From an uncultured delta proteobacterium (GTDB lineage: Bacteria > Myxococcota_A > Polyangia > Fen-1088): a DNA stretch of 64,000 nucleotides. A program made the translations under genes and the position numbers. The number at the start of each line of letters is the position of its first letter. Position 1 is the stretch's first letter. This document shows positions 9,490 to 19,292 of this stretch, in pieces. The DNA is taken from assembly GCA_963755125.1 (NCBI GenBank), contig CAVWIP010000003.1, forward strand, positions 19,344-83,343. The letters run 5' to 3'. A model generated the notes under the pieces. It ran no database searches. It was not told the origin of the DNA and saw only the letters and a list, made by a program, of their open reading frames with translations.

Positions 9490-10242
9490 CTACTTCGCCT
9501 TGCCTTGGTTCGCGACGGCCTTCATCGCGGCCTCGATGGCAGCCTGATCCCCGAGATAGTAGTGCTTGATCGGCTTAAGGTTGGCGTCGAGTTCGTACAC
9601 CAGCGGGATGCCGGTCGGGATGTTCCGCTCGACGATTTCGCTCTCCGGAATGTTGTCCAGATACTTGACCAGAGCGCGCAGGCTGTTCCCGTGGGCCGCG
9701 ATGATGACCTTCTTGCCCGACTTCACCATGGGCGCGATGGTCTCGTGCCACAGCGGCAGGAAGCGCGCCACGGTGTCTTTCAGGCACTCGGTCTGGGGCA
9801 ATTCGCTGGGCTTGAGATCCTTGTAGCGCCCCTGCGGATCGTTGCCCGGGAAGCGCGGGTCGGTCTTTTCCAGGGGCGGCGGCGGGATGTCGTAGCTGCG
9901 CCGCCAGATCTTGACCTGCGCCTCACCGTACTTGGCCGCGGTCTCCGACTTGTTGAGGCCCTGCAAGGCGCCGTAGTGCCGCTCGTTGAGCCGCCACGAC
10001 CGGTGCACGGGAATCCACATCAAGTTGAGCGTGTCGAGCACGCACCCCAAGGTGCGGATGGCGCGCTTGAGCACCGAGGTGTACGCCACGTCGAAGACGT
10101 AGTCCCCGTCTTTCAGCGCCTGGGCGCCGGTCTTGGCCTCTTGCCGGCCCTTGTCCGACAAGTCCACGTCGGTCCAGCCGGTGAAGCGGTTCTCTTGGTT
10201 CCAAGTGCTTTCGCCGTGGCGAAGCAAAACGAGCTTGTACAT
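9490..10242 (-). CDS. gpmA: 2,3-bisphosphoglycerate-dependent phosphoglycerate mutase
   Basis: [54 protein letters not shown] upstream. Confidence 0.97.
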   Translation of the reverse strand: MYKLVLLRHGESTWNQENRFTGWTDVDLSDKGRQEAKTGAQALKDGDYVFDVAYTSVLKRAIRTLGCVLDTLNLMWIPVHRSWRLNERHYGALQGLNKSETAAKYGEAQVKIWRRSYDIPPPPLEKTDPRFPGNDPQGRYKDLKPSELPQTECLKDTVARFLPLWHETIAPMVKSGKKVIIAAHGNSLRALVKYLDNIPESEIVERNIPTGIPLVYELDANLKPIKHYYLGDQAAIEAAMKAVANQGKAK

Positions 10243-10256
10243 CGGATTCTCCTCTC

Positions 10257-10700
10257 TTACTTGGCGGGCAGTATTTGTAGCATGCCCTGGTGGGCCGAGG
10301 GGCCAGCCAAAACCACCGGGCCGGCGGGCCATGCCTCGATCTGGATAAAGGTGTCGCCCGCGGCACGATAGCGCCACACCTCGCAGGTTCCTGACACGCG
10401 CCCCGGCGTCTTTCCGCTGGTCGCCACCTCGGCTCGACCCGCAAGCACGCGCAAGTAGGTCCGGCCTTTGAACAAGATGTTGGCCGGCGGCGGCGTGGTC
10501 ATGTCGAGGTCGTGCACCTCCTCGAGAAACAGCACGCGCTCGTGGAGATCGTCCGAGACCGGCTCCATCCACAAGGTCCGCTCGCCGTTCACCAGGCGTG
10601 CCAGCACCCGCTTGCGGCGCCCCACGTGGTAGATAAGCAGCCCCTCGACCAGGTAGTCGGTCCCGGCGTAGCTGACGATATCTTTCAGGTGAAGCTTCAT
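10257..10700 (-). CDS. Hypothetical protein, DUF4178-like
   Basis: Beta-rich 147 aa ([14 protein letters not shown]..., WRY, IQIEAW) resembling DUF4178; family call tentative. Confidence 0.55.
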   Translation of the reverse strand: MKLHLKDIVSYAGTDYLVEGLLIYHVGRRKRVLARLVNGERTLWMEPVSDDLHERVLFLEEVHDLDMTTPPPANILFKGRTYLRVLAGRAEVATSGKTPGRVSGTCEVWRYRAAGDTFIQIEAWPAGPVVLAGPSAHQGMLQILPAK

Positions 10701-10748
10701 GGGTGGCCTTGCGCGTCCCTGCCCGCAGTATCCTGCCCTGCCCCCGCC

Positions 10749-10777
10749 TTGACAACCCTGGCCGCCACCGTTAAGCA
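10749..10777 (+). promoter_or_regulatory. Putative sigma70 promoter, likely leaderless transcript of E1-alpha
   Basis: Perfect TTGACA (10749-10754), 17 nt, TAAGCA (10772-10777), 6 nt, GTG start 10784; no SD. Confidence 0.5.
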
Positions 10778-10783
10778 CGACTG

Positions 10784-11875
10784 GTGAAGTTCGAGCTTGT
10801 CCGGGTACTCGACGATGCGGGACGCGTGGTACATCCCGAGCGCGAACCTGCGATCCCAGCCGCCGACTTGCGCCGTATCTTGCAAACTATGGTGCAGAAC
10901 AGCCTGCTCGACGAGAAACTGATGCGATTCCAGCGCCAGGGCCGCATCGGTTTCTACCTGACCGCCTGGGGCGAAGAAGCCACGCTGGTGGGCCCAGTCT
11001 GGGCGCTGCGAGCCAGCGACTGGATCTTCTCTTGCTACCGCGAGGCCGGCGCGGCGCTCTTTCGCGGATACTCCCTGCGCACGCTGCTGTGCCAGCTCTA
11101 TTGCAACGCCGAAGATCCGGTGAAGGGCCGACAATTGCCCGTGCACCACACCGCACGCGAGTTCAACTTCGTGTCGGTCAGCTCGGTGGTGGGCACGCAG
11201 ATCCCGCACGCCGTGGGCATGGCCATGGCGGCCAAGCTGAGCGGCCGCGACGATGTCAGCCTGGTTTATTTCGGCGACGGCGCCACTTCGACCGGCGACT
11301 TCCACGTCTCGTGCAACATGGCGGCTGTGCGCAAGGCGCCCTGTCTGTTCTTCTGCCGCAACAACGGCTGGGCCATCTCCACCCCACGCTCGGTCCAGAC
11401 CGTCACGCCGACTTTCGCGCAGAAGGCGGTCGCCTATGGCATGCCGGCAGTGCTGGTTGACGGCAACGACGTGCTGGCCCTGGCCCATGTCACCGCCGAG
11501 GCTGCGGCGCGCGCGCGCCGGGGCGAGGGGCCCACGCTCATCGAGGCGCTCACCTACCGCCGGGGCGCCCACACCTCGTCGGACGATCCCACGGCCTATC
11601 GGGATCCCGCCGAGCCGCGCGAGTGGGAATGCCGCGATCCCATCCGGCGCTTCCGCGCCTACCTCGAGAGCAAGGGGCTGTGGAGTGCGGACGAGGAGCG
11701 CAACTTTGTCGAGGCCTGCGAGCAGGAATTCGCGGCGCTGGTGGCCGAGGTCGAGAGCTTGCCCGCCAAGTCGCCGCTGTCCACTCTGTTCGACGACGTG
11801 TACGCCGACCGGCCCTGGCACCTGGAGGAGCAGTTCGTGGAACTGGACCGCGAGGTTCGCCGCCACCGCGCCTGA
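10784..11875 (+). CDS. 2-oxoacid dehydrogenase E1 alpha subunit (BCKDH/PDH type, TPP dependent)
   Basis: QRQGRIGFY, GEEA, YRE, KGRQLPVH, FGDGATS..DFH...N, NNGWAISTP, TYRRGAHTSSDDP. Confidence 0.92.
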   Translation: MKFELVRVLDDAGRVVHPEREPAIPAADLRRILQTMVQNSLLDEKLMRFQRQGRIGFYLTAWGEEATLVGPVWALRASDWIFSCYREAGAALFRGYSLRTLLCQLYCNAEDPVKGRQLPVHHTAREFNFVSVSSVVGTQIPHAVGMAMAAKLSGRDDVSLVYFGDGATSTGDFHVSCNMAAVRKAPCLFFCRNNGWAISTPRSVQTVTPTFAQKAVAYGMPAVLVDGNDVLALAHVTAEAAARARRGEGPTLIEALTYRRGAHTSSDDPTAYRDPAEPREWECRDPIRRFRAYLESKGLWSADEERNFVEACEQEFAALVAEVESLPAKSPLSTLFDDVYADRPWHLEEQFVELDREVRRHRA

Positions 11876-11935
11876 GGATTGAGGTAGACTGCGGCCATTC
11901 TGGCGGGTATCTGACCCGCAGGAGAGGATGTCGCC

Positions 11936-12115
11936 ATGAAACGAGCCATGTTCCTGTTCGCCGCTGTCTCCTTCACGTCGCTTCTGGGCTGCGCTTCGTC
12001 CCCGCCTCCCCCGCCCGTGGGCCCGTCACCAGCCGAGACCGCGGCCATGCAGGAGCTGAATCAAGAGACAGCGAACCAGAACCCGCCGCCTGCGAAGCCC
12101 GCGCCGCAAGAATAG
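11936..12115 (+). CDS. Small proline-rich lipoprotein (59 aa, absent from ORF track)
   Basis: SD GGAGAGG, then MKRAMFLFAAVSFTSLLG-CASSPPPPPVGPSPAETAAMQELNQETANQNPPPAKPAPQE*; clear lipobox. Confidence 0.75.
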   Translation: MKRAMFLFAAVSFTSLLGCASSPPPPPVGPSPAETAAMQELNQETANQNPPPAKPAPQE

Positions 12116-12161
12116 GCAGGATGACCGGGCCGAGTGCCGCGGCCTGGACGGATTTTACGTT

Positions 12162-13829
12162 CTAACCTCTAAACGCCTGCGCGATGGGGTAGCGGCGGCC
12201 GGTGCCGAACGCTTTGCCGGTGATTTTCAGCCCGGGCGGAAGCTGGCGCCGCTTGTATTCCGACTGGCGCATCAGGCGCATGACATCGGCCACCACCGCG
12301 GGATCGAAGCCCGCCGCCTGCAAGGCTTGGCTGTCCAGGCCGCGCTCCACATGGGCTTCCAGGATCGCGTCCAGCACATCGTAGGGAGGCAAGCTGTCCT
12401 GATCCTTTTGATCGGGCCGCAACTCGGCCGATGGCGGCTTGCTCAAAGTCGACTGCGGGATGACCGGACGCTCGGCATTGATCTCGCCGGCAATCTTGTA
12501 GACCAGGGTTTTGGGCACGTCCGAGAGCACGGCCAGGCCGCCGCAGGTGTCGCCATACAGGGTGCAGTAGCCGGTGGCGATCTCGCTCTTGTTCCCGGTC
12601 GAAAGCAGCAGGGAACCCAGCTTGTTCGACAGGGCCATGAGGAGGCCGCCGCGGATGCGCGCCTGCAGATTCTCCTCGGTGACATCGAGTGAACGGCCTG
12701 CAAAAGCCGGCGCGAGCGCTTCCAGGTAGGCGCCGAACATCGGCTCGATGGATATGGTTCGGAATTGGATCCCGAGAGCCGCGGCCAGCGCCGCAGCGTC
12801 GCTGCGCGAGTGGTCCGACGAAAAACGCGAGGGCATGGACACGCCCAGCACGTTGCTCGGCCCCAGCGCGCGTGCGGCCAGACAGGCCACCACCGCCGAG
12901 TCGATGCCGCCCGATAGTCCGACCAGAGCACCCGAAAAACCGCAGCGCCGAGCATAGTCGCGAGTCCCCAGCACCAACGCTTCGAGAGCCGAGCGGGCAT
13001 CGGATTCGACCCAAGGCCTGATCGCGCCGCAGCTCGCGTCCACATCGACCACCACCAGGTCGGTCGCGTGCTCGGCCGCGCGCGCGATCACCTCGCCACG
13101 CGCGTCCAGCGCCAGGCTGGATCCGTCGAAGATTAGGTCATCCTGTCCGCCGACCTGATTGACGAACACCAGCGGGCGGGCCCAACGCCGGGCCACCTCG
13201 GCCAGCATACGCGGTCGCAGGTGGCGCTTGTCCAGGGTGTAGGGCGAGGCCGCAATATTGATGAGCAGGTCGGCGCCGGCAGCCACCAGCTTTTCGATGG
13301 GATCCTCGCGATACAGGCGCCGCGGCCAGAAATCGCCATCGTTCCACATGTCCTCGCAGATCGAGATGCCCAGGCGACGGCCCGCGAACTCGACCGGCGC
13401 CACCTGCTGGGCCGGCTCGAAATAGCGCCATTCATCGAAGACGTCGTAGGTCGGCAGCAGTGACTTGCGATGGACCGAGACGATGCGGCCCGCATGGATG
13501 AGAGCGGCGGAGTTGGCAATCCCGCGACCTACCGGCGAATCCGGCAAGACTTCCGGAAATCCGACGATCACCGCTGTCGAGCGGCCGGCAGGCTCGCACC
13601 CCACCCGCGCCACCAGACGGTCGAGGCTGCGCATGCCCGCCTGCACGAAGGCTGCGCGCTCCAACAGGTCGCGCGGCGGATAGCCCGAGAGCGCCAGCTC
13701 GGGAAGCACCAGGAGATCGGCACCCGCTGCCTCGGCCGCGGCCAGCGCCTCCTCGGCCAGCCGCAGATTGCCGTCGAAGTCACCCACGGTGGGGTTGATC
13801 TGGCCGAGAGCGATCTTCACGTTAGCCAT
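12162..13829 (-). CDS. nadE: Glutamine-dependent NAD+ synthetase
   Basis: Nitrilase domain (PEL, K.LLPTYDVFDE, ICED) plus GLSGGIDS, ENLQARIR, TGNKSE, PPSAELRPDQKD. Confidence 0.96.
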   Translation of the reverse strand: MANVKIALGQINPTVGDFDGNLRLAEEALAAAEAAGADLLVLPELALSGYPPRDLLERAAFVQAGMRSLDRLVARVGCEPAGRSTAVIVGFPEVLPDSPVGRGIANSAALIHAGRIVSVHRKSLLPTYDVFDEWRYFEPAQQVAPVEFAGRRLGISICEDMWNDGDFWPRRLYREDPIEKLVAAGADLLINIAASPYTLDKRHLRPRMLAEVARRWARPLVFVNQVGGQDDLIFDGSSLALDARGEVIARAAEHATDLVVVDVDASCGAIRPWVESDARSALEALVLGTRDYARRCGFSGALVGLSGGIDSAVVACLAARALGPSNVLGVSMPSRFSSDHSRSDAAALAAALGIQFRTISIEPMFGAYLEALAPAFAGRSLDVTEENLQARIRGGLLMALSNKLGSLLLSTGNKSEIATGYCTLYGDTCGGLAVLSDVPKTLVYKIAGEINAERPVIPQSTLSKPPSAELRPDQKDQDSLPPYDVLDAILEAHVERGLDSQALQAAGFDPAVVADVMRLMRQSEYKRRQLPPGLKITGKAFGTGRRYPIAQAFRG

Positions 13830-13834
13830 TCTAC

Positions 13835-14941
13835 CTATGTTCGATACCCCACGGCGTCCAGGGCTGCGTCTTGCAGCGCCGGACGCAGCGCTCGGAAACG
13901 CGGATCCTTGCGCACCGTCGGATGGACGAAGTTGGTCAGCAACACGACGCAAACTTCCCGCTCAGGATCGATCCACAGCGAGCAGCCGGTGAAGCCCAGG
14001 TGGCCCACCGCCTGGCGGGACAGGCGATCGCCGGCCAGCGATCCCGTGGCTGCCGGCCCGTCCCATCCCAGGCGCCAGGTCGATCCCGGGATCCCGGCCG
14101 GCCGCCAGAACAGACGCAGCACCTCGGCCGGAACCAGAGGCGCGCAGCCCGCGGGCGCAGTGTCGCGCCAGGCGGCGCACAAGGCGCTGGCAAGCTCAAG
14201 CAGATCTGCAGCATCTGCGAAAAGCCCGGCGTGGCCCGCCACCCCGCCCATGGCAAAGGCGTTGAGATCGTGTACCTCGCCACAAAGCATGCGACCGCGC
14301 ACTGGACAACGCTCGGTGGGCGCCAGTCTTCTCCCGGAAAACGCCGTCGAACCGGCAAAGCCCGTGGCACGCAGCCCGAGCGGCGCGAACAAGAATCTCT
14401 CGGCCAGCGCGTCCAGTCGGCCGCCCAGACCGCGCTCGACGAGATCGCCCAGCAGAATGAAGCCCAGGTCCGAGTAGAGCGAGCGCGTCCCTGGCTCATA
14501 GGCCAGTGGCTCGGCCGCAGCCAGGGCGACGATGCGTTCCCGGCCTTCCGCAGGAGCAACGCCGTCGTTGATAACCTGCTCGAAGAATGGCCGATGGGCC
14601 GCAAACCCGGCTGCATGGGCCAGCGTGCGCCGCAGGGTCACCTCGGGCCGCGCAGCCATCGACGGCAAGTGCTTGCCGAGCGGGTCGTCCAAGGCCCAGA
14701 TTCCGCTGCCGACTCCACGCATGACCAGCAGACTGGTGACCACAGCCTTGGTCAGCGAGGCCAGGTCGTAGACGACGTCGGTCGTGAGCGACTCGGCGTC
14801 CGGGACGATTCGTCGATGGCCAAACGCATCAAGAAACCGCACCTGCCTGCCTTGCGCGAACCCGAGAACCAAACCCGGAATCACGCCGTCGTCGACGGCA
14901 CGCTGGGCCAAGGCGCGGACAGGGGTGAAATCGGCGACCAT
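13835..14941 (-). CDS. Serine hydrolase, beta-lactamase/AmpC-like family
   Basis: DLASLTK (SxxK), YSDLGF, GEVHD.NA, GHAGLF, GHLGFTGC.LWIDP. Confidence 0.9.
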   Translation of the reverse strand: MVADFTPVRALAQRAVDDGVIPGLVLGFAQGRQVRFLDAFGHRRIVPDAESLTTDVVYDLASLTKAVVTSLLVMRGVGSGIWALDDPLGKHLPSMAARPEVTLRRTLAHAAGFAAHRPFFEQVINDGVAPAEGRERIVALAAAEPLAYEPGTRSLYSDLGFILLGDLVERGLGGRLDALAERFLFAPLGLRATGFAGSTAFSGRRLAPTERCPVRGRMLCGEVHDLNAFAMGGVAGHAGLFADAADLLELASALCAAWRDTAPAGCAPLVPAEVLRLFWRPAGIPGSTWRLGWDGPAATGSLAGDRLSRQAVGHLGFTGCSLWIDPEREVCVVLLTNFVHPTVRKDPRFRALRPALQDAALDAVGYRT

Positions 14942-15054
14942 GGCCCGCGAGGCTACCAGGTTCCGCAGGTTGGCGGGGTTGGGTTTCGTCCCACCCGGCA
15001 AAACCGCGCGCTACAATGTCCGCCCTCTGGGATGTTCGCGCGGACCTGACAGAG

Positions 15055-16655
15055 ATGAAATTCGGACACTACGAGCTCTTCGACCGCTTCGCCGTGGGCG
15101 ACATGGCCGAGCTGTACTTGGGCCGAGCCCTGGGCGAGCAGGGCTTCGAGAAGCCGGTGGCCATCAAGCGCATCCTGCCGCACCTGGCAGCCGACGAACG
15201 CTTCGTTCACATGCTGCTCACCGAGGCGCGCATCCACGCCTCGCTCTCGCACAAGAACATCGTGCAAATTCACGACCTCGGCATCTCGCCCGAGGGCGAA
15301 TACTTCATCGTCCTCGAGTACGTGGATGGCCGCGACCTGGGCGAACTGCTTGCGGTGGTGCGCAAGTCATCCAGCCCGGATGGCCTGCCCAAACGCCTCG
15401 ACGACGCCGTCGCTCTTTTCATCCTGGGCGAGCTGTGCGAGGGCGTGCACTGCGCGCACGAACTGCGCGGGCCAGATGGCCTGCCCGCAGACCTCATCCA
15501 TCGGGACATCTCGCCTGACAACGTGCTGCTCTCCTACGCCGGCGAGGTGAAGCTGTCCGACTTCGGCGTGGCCAAGCGACGGACCGACAACTCGCTGGTG
15601 TCCTCGCTCAAGGGCAACCTGGCGTACATGTCGCCCGAACAGGCACGCGGCGCAGCCCTTGACCGGCGCAGCGATATCTACTCGCTGGGAGCGATTCTGT
15701 TTGAACTGCTCACCGGGTATCCGCTGCGTGATTCGTCGAACCAGGCCGAGACCTGGCGCCAGGTGGCCTCGGGCCTGGTGTTCTCGCCCAGCAACGCCGG
15801 CCAGACCTGCCGCCGCGTCTGGCGCGACTCATCTCGAATTCGCTGGCGCCGGATCCGCGCGATCGCTTTCCCGACGCACGCGCCTTCGCCGACGCCTGCC
15901 GGCAGGCGCTCGACATGGTCCCGCGCCCAGCCTCCGGCGAGGCCACCGAGTTGAAGCTGCTGCTGCGCACCTTGTTGCCGTCCGGCACCCTGGCCCAGCC
16001 TCGGCCGGCGACCAAGGTGATCCGGCTCTCGCCCGATCTGTGGGGCGACGAAACCGTGCCCGAGTCCGAGATTCCCGTGCGAGACGACGTCACACGGCGC
16101 GAGGTGCCGGCCGCTGCGCAGGGGCCAGCCGGCGGCCCAACTCCGCCTGGCAAGTCGCCTCGGCCCTCGCTGACCGCTGCGCAAGGCCCTGTGCTGGTTG
16201 CGCCTCCCCAGATCATCAATCCCCGTCCCACGCTGCCGACCCCCTTTGGCCGAGCCGCCGCGCTCTTCACCCCGGGCGTCACGTCGGTGACCAAGCGGCG
16301 CGGGCTGTTGGTGCCGGTTTTGGTCGTGCTCCTGGTCGTCCTCGCCGTAGCCACGGCCCTGGTTCACCTGGTCGTGGTGCCGCTGCCGGTGGCCGCCGTG
16401 TGGCTCCGGCCCGCGACGCTGCTCATCGACTCGCAGCCTGCTGGCGCCGAGGTCGTGCTCGACGGCAAGAAACTCGCCTCACCCACGCCAGCGCGCGTCC
16501 AGGTGAAGAGAGATCTGGCCGTGCATTTGCTCGACCTGCGCAAGGACGGCTTCTTGCCGATCTCGCGTCACATCCGCTACGACCGAGAGGTCGACCTCGC
16601 GCTCACGGTCGCGCTCGAACCCGGACCTCGCCCTGCGCCTGCGCTGAGACGTTGA
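15055..16655 (+). pseudogene. Transmembrane Ser/Thr protein kinase with PEGA domain, frameshifted near 15792
   Basis: VAIKR, HRDISPDNVLL, DFG, YMSPEQ, DIYSLG in the first frame; subdomain XI (LAPDPRDRFPDA), TM helix and PEGA (IDSQPAGAEVVLDG) continue in another frame. Confidence 0.85.
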
Positions 16656-16664
16656 AATGGGAAC

Positions 16665-19229
16665 ATGACCGGCACGGCTTCCGATGCTAGCCCGCCGCTG
16701 GCCCCGCCGCCCGCGCCAGTGGACGCGGACCACATCCTGGAGCAGTTCCTCGGCTACGTGGCTGCGCTGGGTTTGTCGCTGTATCCAGCGCAGGAAGAGG
16801 CCCTGTTCGAAATCCTGGCGGGCAAGCACGTGGTGCTGGCCACGCCGACCGGCTCGGGCAAGTCGCTGGTCGCCACCGCCTTCCTGTTCAAGGCCTTGTG
16901 CGAGGGCAAGACTGGTTTCTATAGCTGCCCGGTCAAGGCCCTGGTCAACGAGAAGTTCTTCGACCTGTGCGCCTGCTTCGGCCCCGACCGCGTGGGCCTG
17001 CTCACCGGCGACGCCTCGGTGAACGGCAACGCGCCCATCCTGGTCGGCACGGCCGAGATCCTGTCCAACATGTCGCTGCGCCGGTCGCGCCCAGCGGCCG
17101 ACACCGTGGTGATGGACGAGTTCCACTACTACGGCGATCGCGAGCGCGGCATCGCCTGGCAAATTCCCCTGGTCACTCTGCGCGAAACCGTCTTCTTGCT
17201 CATGTCAGCCACCCTGGGCGACACCACGGCCATTGAGCGCCAGGTGGCGGACTTCACCGGCCGCGAAGTGGCCAGCGTGCGCGGCGCCGTCCGTCCCGTG
17301 CCGCTCGATTTCGAGTACCGGGACACGCCGCTGCACGAGACCATCGCGGATCTCATCAAGCTCAATCGCGCGCCCATCTATCTGGTGAACTTCACCCAGC
17401 GCGCGGCCGCCGAAGAAGTGCAGAACCTGATGAGCGTGGACGTGTGTAGCAAGGAGGAGAAAGAATCCATCAAGGCCACCCTGGCCGACGAGCGTCTGGA
17501 CAGCCCCTATGGCAAGGAACTTCTGCGCTTTCTCCGCCACGGCATCGGCCTGCACCACGCCGGCCTGCTGCCGCGCTACCGCCGTCTGGTCGAGCGCCTG
17601 AGCCAGCGTGGCCTGCTCAAGGTGGTCAGCGGCACCGACACCCTCGGCGTCGGGGTCAACATCCCGATTCGCACCGTTCTGTTCACCCAGTTGTGCAAGT
17701 TCGACGGACAGAAAGACGGCGTTCTCAGCGTGCGCGAGTTCAAGCAGATCGCGGGTCGCGCTGGCCGCAAGGGCTTCGACGAGCGCGGCTGGGTGGTGGC
17801 GCAGGCGCCGGCGCATGTGGTGGAAAACCTGCGCCTGCGGGCCAAGGCCGCTGGTGGCAAGAAGGTGCACATGCAGAAGCCGCCGCAGAAAGGCTACGTG
17901 CACTTCGACAGGGGCACCTTCGATCGCCTGGCCGCGGGCACGCCCGAACCGCTGGAGTCGCGCTTTGCCGTGAGCCATGGGTTGCTGCTCACGCTTCTGC
18001 AGGGCGAGAAGGGCGACCCGCGGCGCGGAGGCGGCTACCGTAAGTTGCTGGAAGTCATCGACGCGTGCCACGACAGCGATGTGCTCAAGCGCCGCCACCG
18101 ACGGAACGCGGCCGCGTGTTTCCGCACCCTGCGACGGGCCGGGTTGATCGGTCTGGTCATCGACGAGAAGGCGCGTTGCCCGCAGGCGGTGGCCAGTCCC
18201 GACCTGCAGCACGACTTCTCGATGCACCACACGCTGTCGCTGTACCTGGTCGATACCCTGCCGCTGCTCGATCCAGCGACGGAAACCTACGCCTTTGACG
18301 TGCTCTCTCTGGTTGAGTCCATTCTGGAAAATCCGCGGCCGGTGCTCTTCGCTCAGCTCGATCGACTGAAGGGCGAAACCGTGGCGGCGCTCAAAGCCCA
18401 GGGTGTCGAGTACGAGGCACGCATGGAGGAGCTGGAAAAACTGGAATGGCCCAAGCCCAACCGCGACTTTATCTACGAAACCTTCAACGCCTTTGCCGAC
18501 AAGCATCCCTGGGTGGGCGAGGAGAACATCGCGCCGAAATCCGTGGCGCGAGAGATCCTGGAACGCTTCTGCAGCTTCCACGATTACGTGCGCGACTATG
18601 GCCTGCAACGCGCCGAGGGCGTTTTGCTGCGCTATCTGTCGGACGCGTACCGGACCTTCAACCAGTCGGTGCCAGCCGCCTTTCGCACCCCGGAGGTGGA
18701 GGATCTGCTGGCCAGCCTGGGCGGCCTGGTGCGCACGGTTGACTCCAGTCTGCTGGAAGAATGGGAGGAACTGCGCGCACCGGATGGTCCGCCGGAGCCG
18801 CGCCAGCCAACCTGCGCCGCGCGGCCGCGCGATCCGGCCGCCGACCCGCGCGCCTTTGCCGCCCGCATCCGGGCCGAGCTGCACCGCTTGCTGGGCGCCC
18901 TGGCTCGCCGCGACTGGGAAGAGGCCCTGTCCGCCCTGCGCGACAATCCATCCAGCGACACGCCGGAGTGGACCGCCGAGCGCCTGGCCGCCGAGGTGGA
19001 ACCCTACTTTGAAGAACACGGTTCCATTTCGGTCACGCCGGCGGCGCGCAGCCCACACAATACTTTGCTGACGCCGATCGCGCCGCGCCTGTGGGAGGCG
19101 CAGCAACGCCTGGTCGATCCCGAGGGCGACGAGGACTTTGCCATTCATACGCGCATCGATCTTTCCCGGCCGCTGGCACCCGGCCAGGAGAACGCGCCCC
19201 TCATCGAGCTTCTGCGCGTGGGACGTTAG
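16665..19229 (+). CDS. Ski2-like DEAD/DEAH-box helicase with DUF3516
   Basis: TPTGSGKS, PVKALVNEK, DEFH, MSAT, HHAG, TDTLGVGVN, QIAGRAGR; C-terminal SSLLEEWE region. Confidence 0.92.
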   Translation: MTGTASDASPPLAPPPAPVDADHILEQFLGYVAALGLSLYPAQEEALFEILAGKHVVLATPTGSGKSLVATAFLFKALCEGKTGFYSCPVKALVNEKFFDLCACFGPDRVGLLTGDASVNGNAPILVGTAEILSNMSLRRSRPAADTVVMDEFHYYGDRERGIAWQIPLVTLRETVFLLMSATLGDTTAIERQVADFTGREVASVRGAVRPVPLDFEYRDTPLHETIADLIKLNRAPIYLVNFTQRAAAEEVQNLMSVDVCSKEEKESIKATLADERLDSPYGKELLRFLRHGIGLHHAGLLPRYRRLVERLSQRGLLKVVSGTDTLGVGVNIPIRTVLFTQLCKFDGQKDGVLSVREFKQIAGRAGRKGFDERGWVVAQAPAHVVENLRLRAKAAGGKKVHMQKPPQKGYVHFDRGTFDRLAAGTPEPLESRFAVSHGLLLTLLQGEKGDPRRGGGYRKLLEVIDACHDSDVLKRRHRRNAAACFRTLRRAGLIGLVIDEKARCPQAVASPDLQHDFSMHHTLSLYLVDTLPLLDPATETYAFDVLSLVESILENPRPVLFAQLDRLKGETVAALKAQGVEYEARMEELEKLEWPKPNRDFIYETFNAFADKHPWVGEENIAPKSVAREILERFCSFHDYVRDYGLQRAEGVLLRYLSDAYRTFNQSVPAAFRTPEVEDLLASLGGLVRTVDSSLLEEWEELRAPDGPPEPRQPTCAARPRDPAADPRAFAARIRAELHRLLGALARRDWEEALSALRDNPSSDTPEWTAERLAAEVEPYFEEHGSISVTPAARSPHNTLLTPIAPRLWEAQQRLVDPEGDEDFAIHTRIDLSRPLAPGQENAPLIELLRVGR

Positions 19230-19292
19230 GCGCATTCCGCTGTCCCCGCAGCGGCCGACGCGAGATAATCGGCGCCGGCAAAGGAGGACTCC

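Noticed and set aside
17205..19235. Long antisense ORFs (this 676 aa one, also 528-1862, 2014-3279, 19332-20912, 47889-48875 and others)
   Set aside because: Shadow frames of well-supported genes, expected in high-GC DNA; no recognisable motifs.
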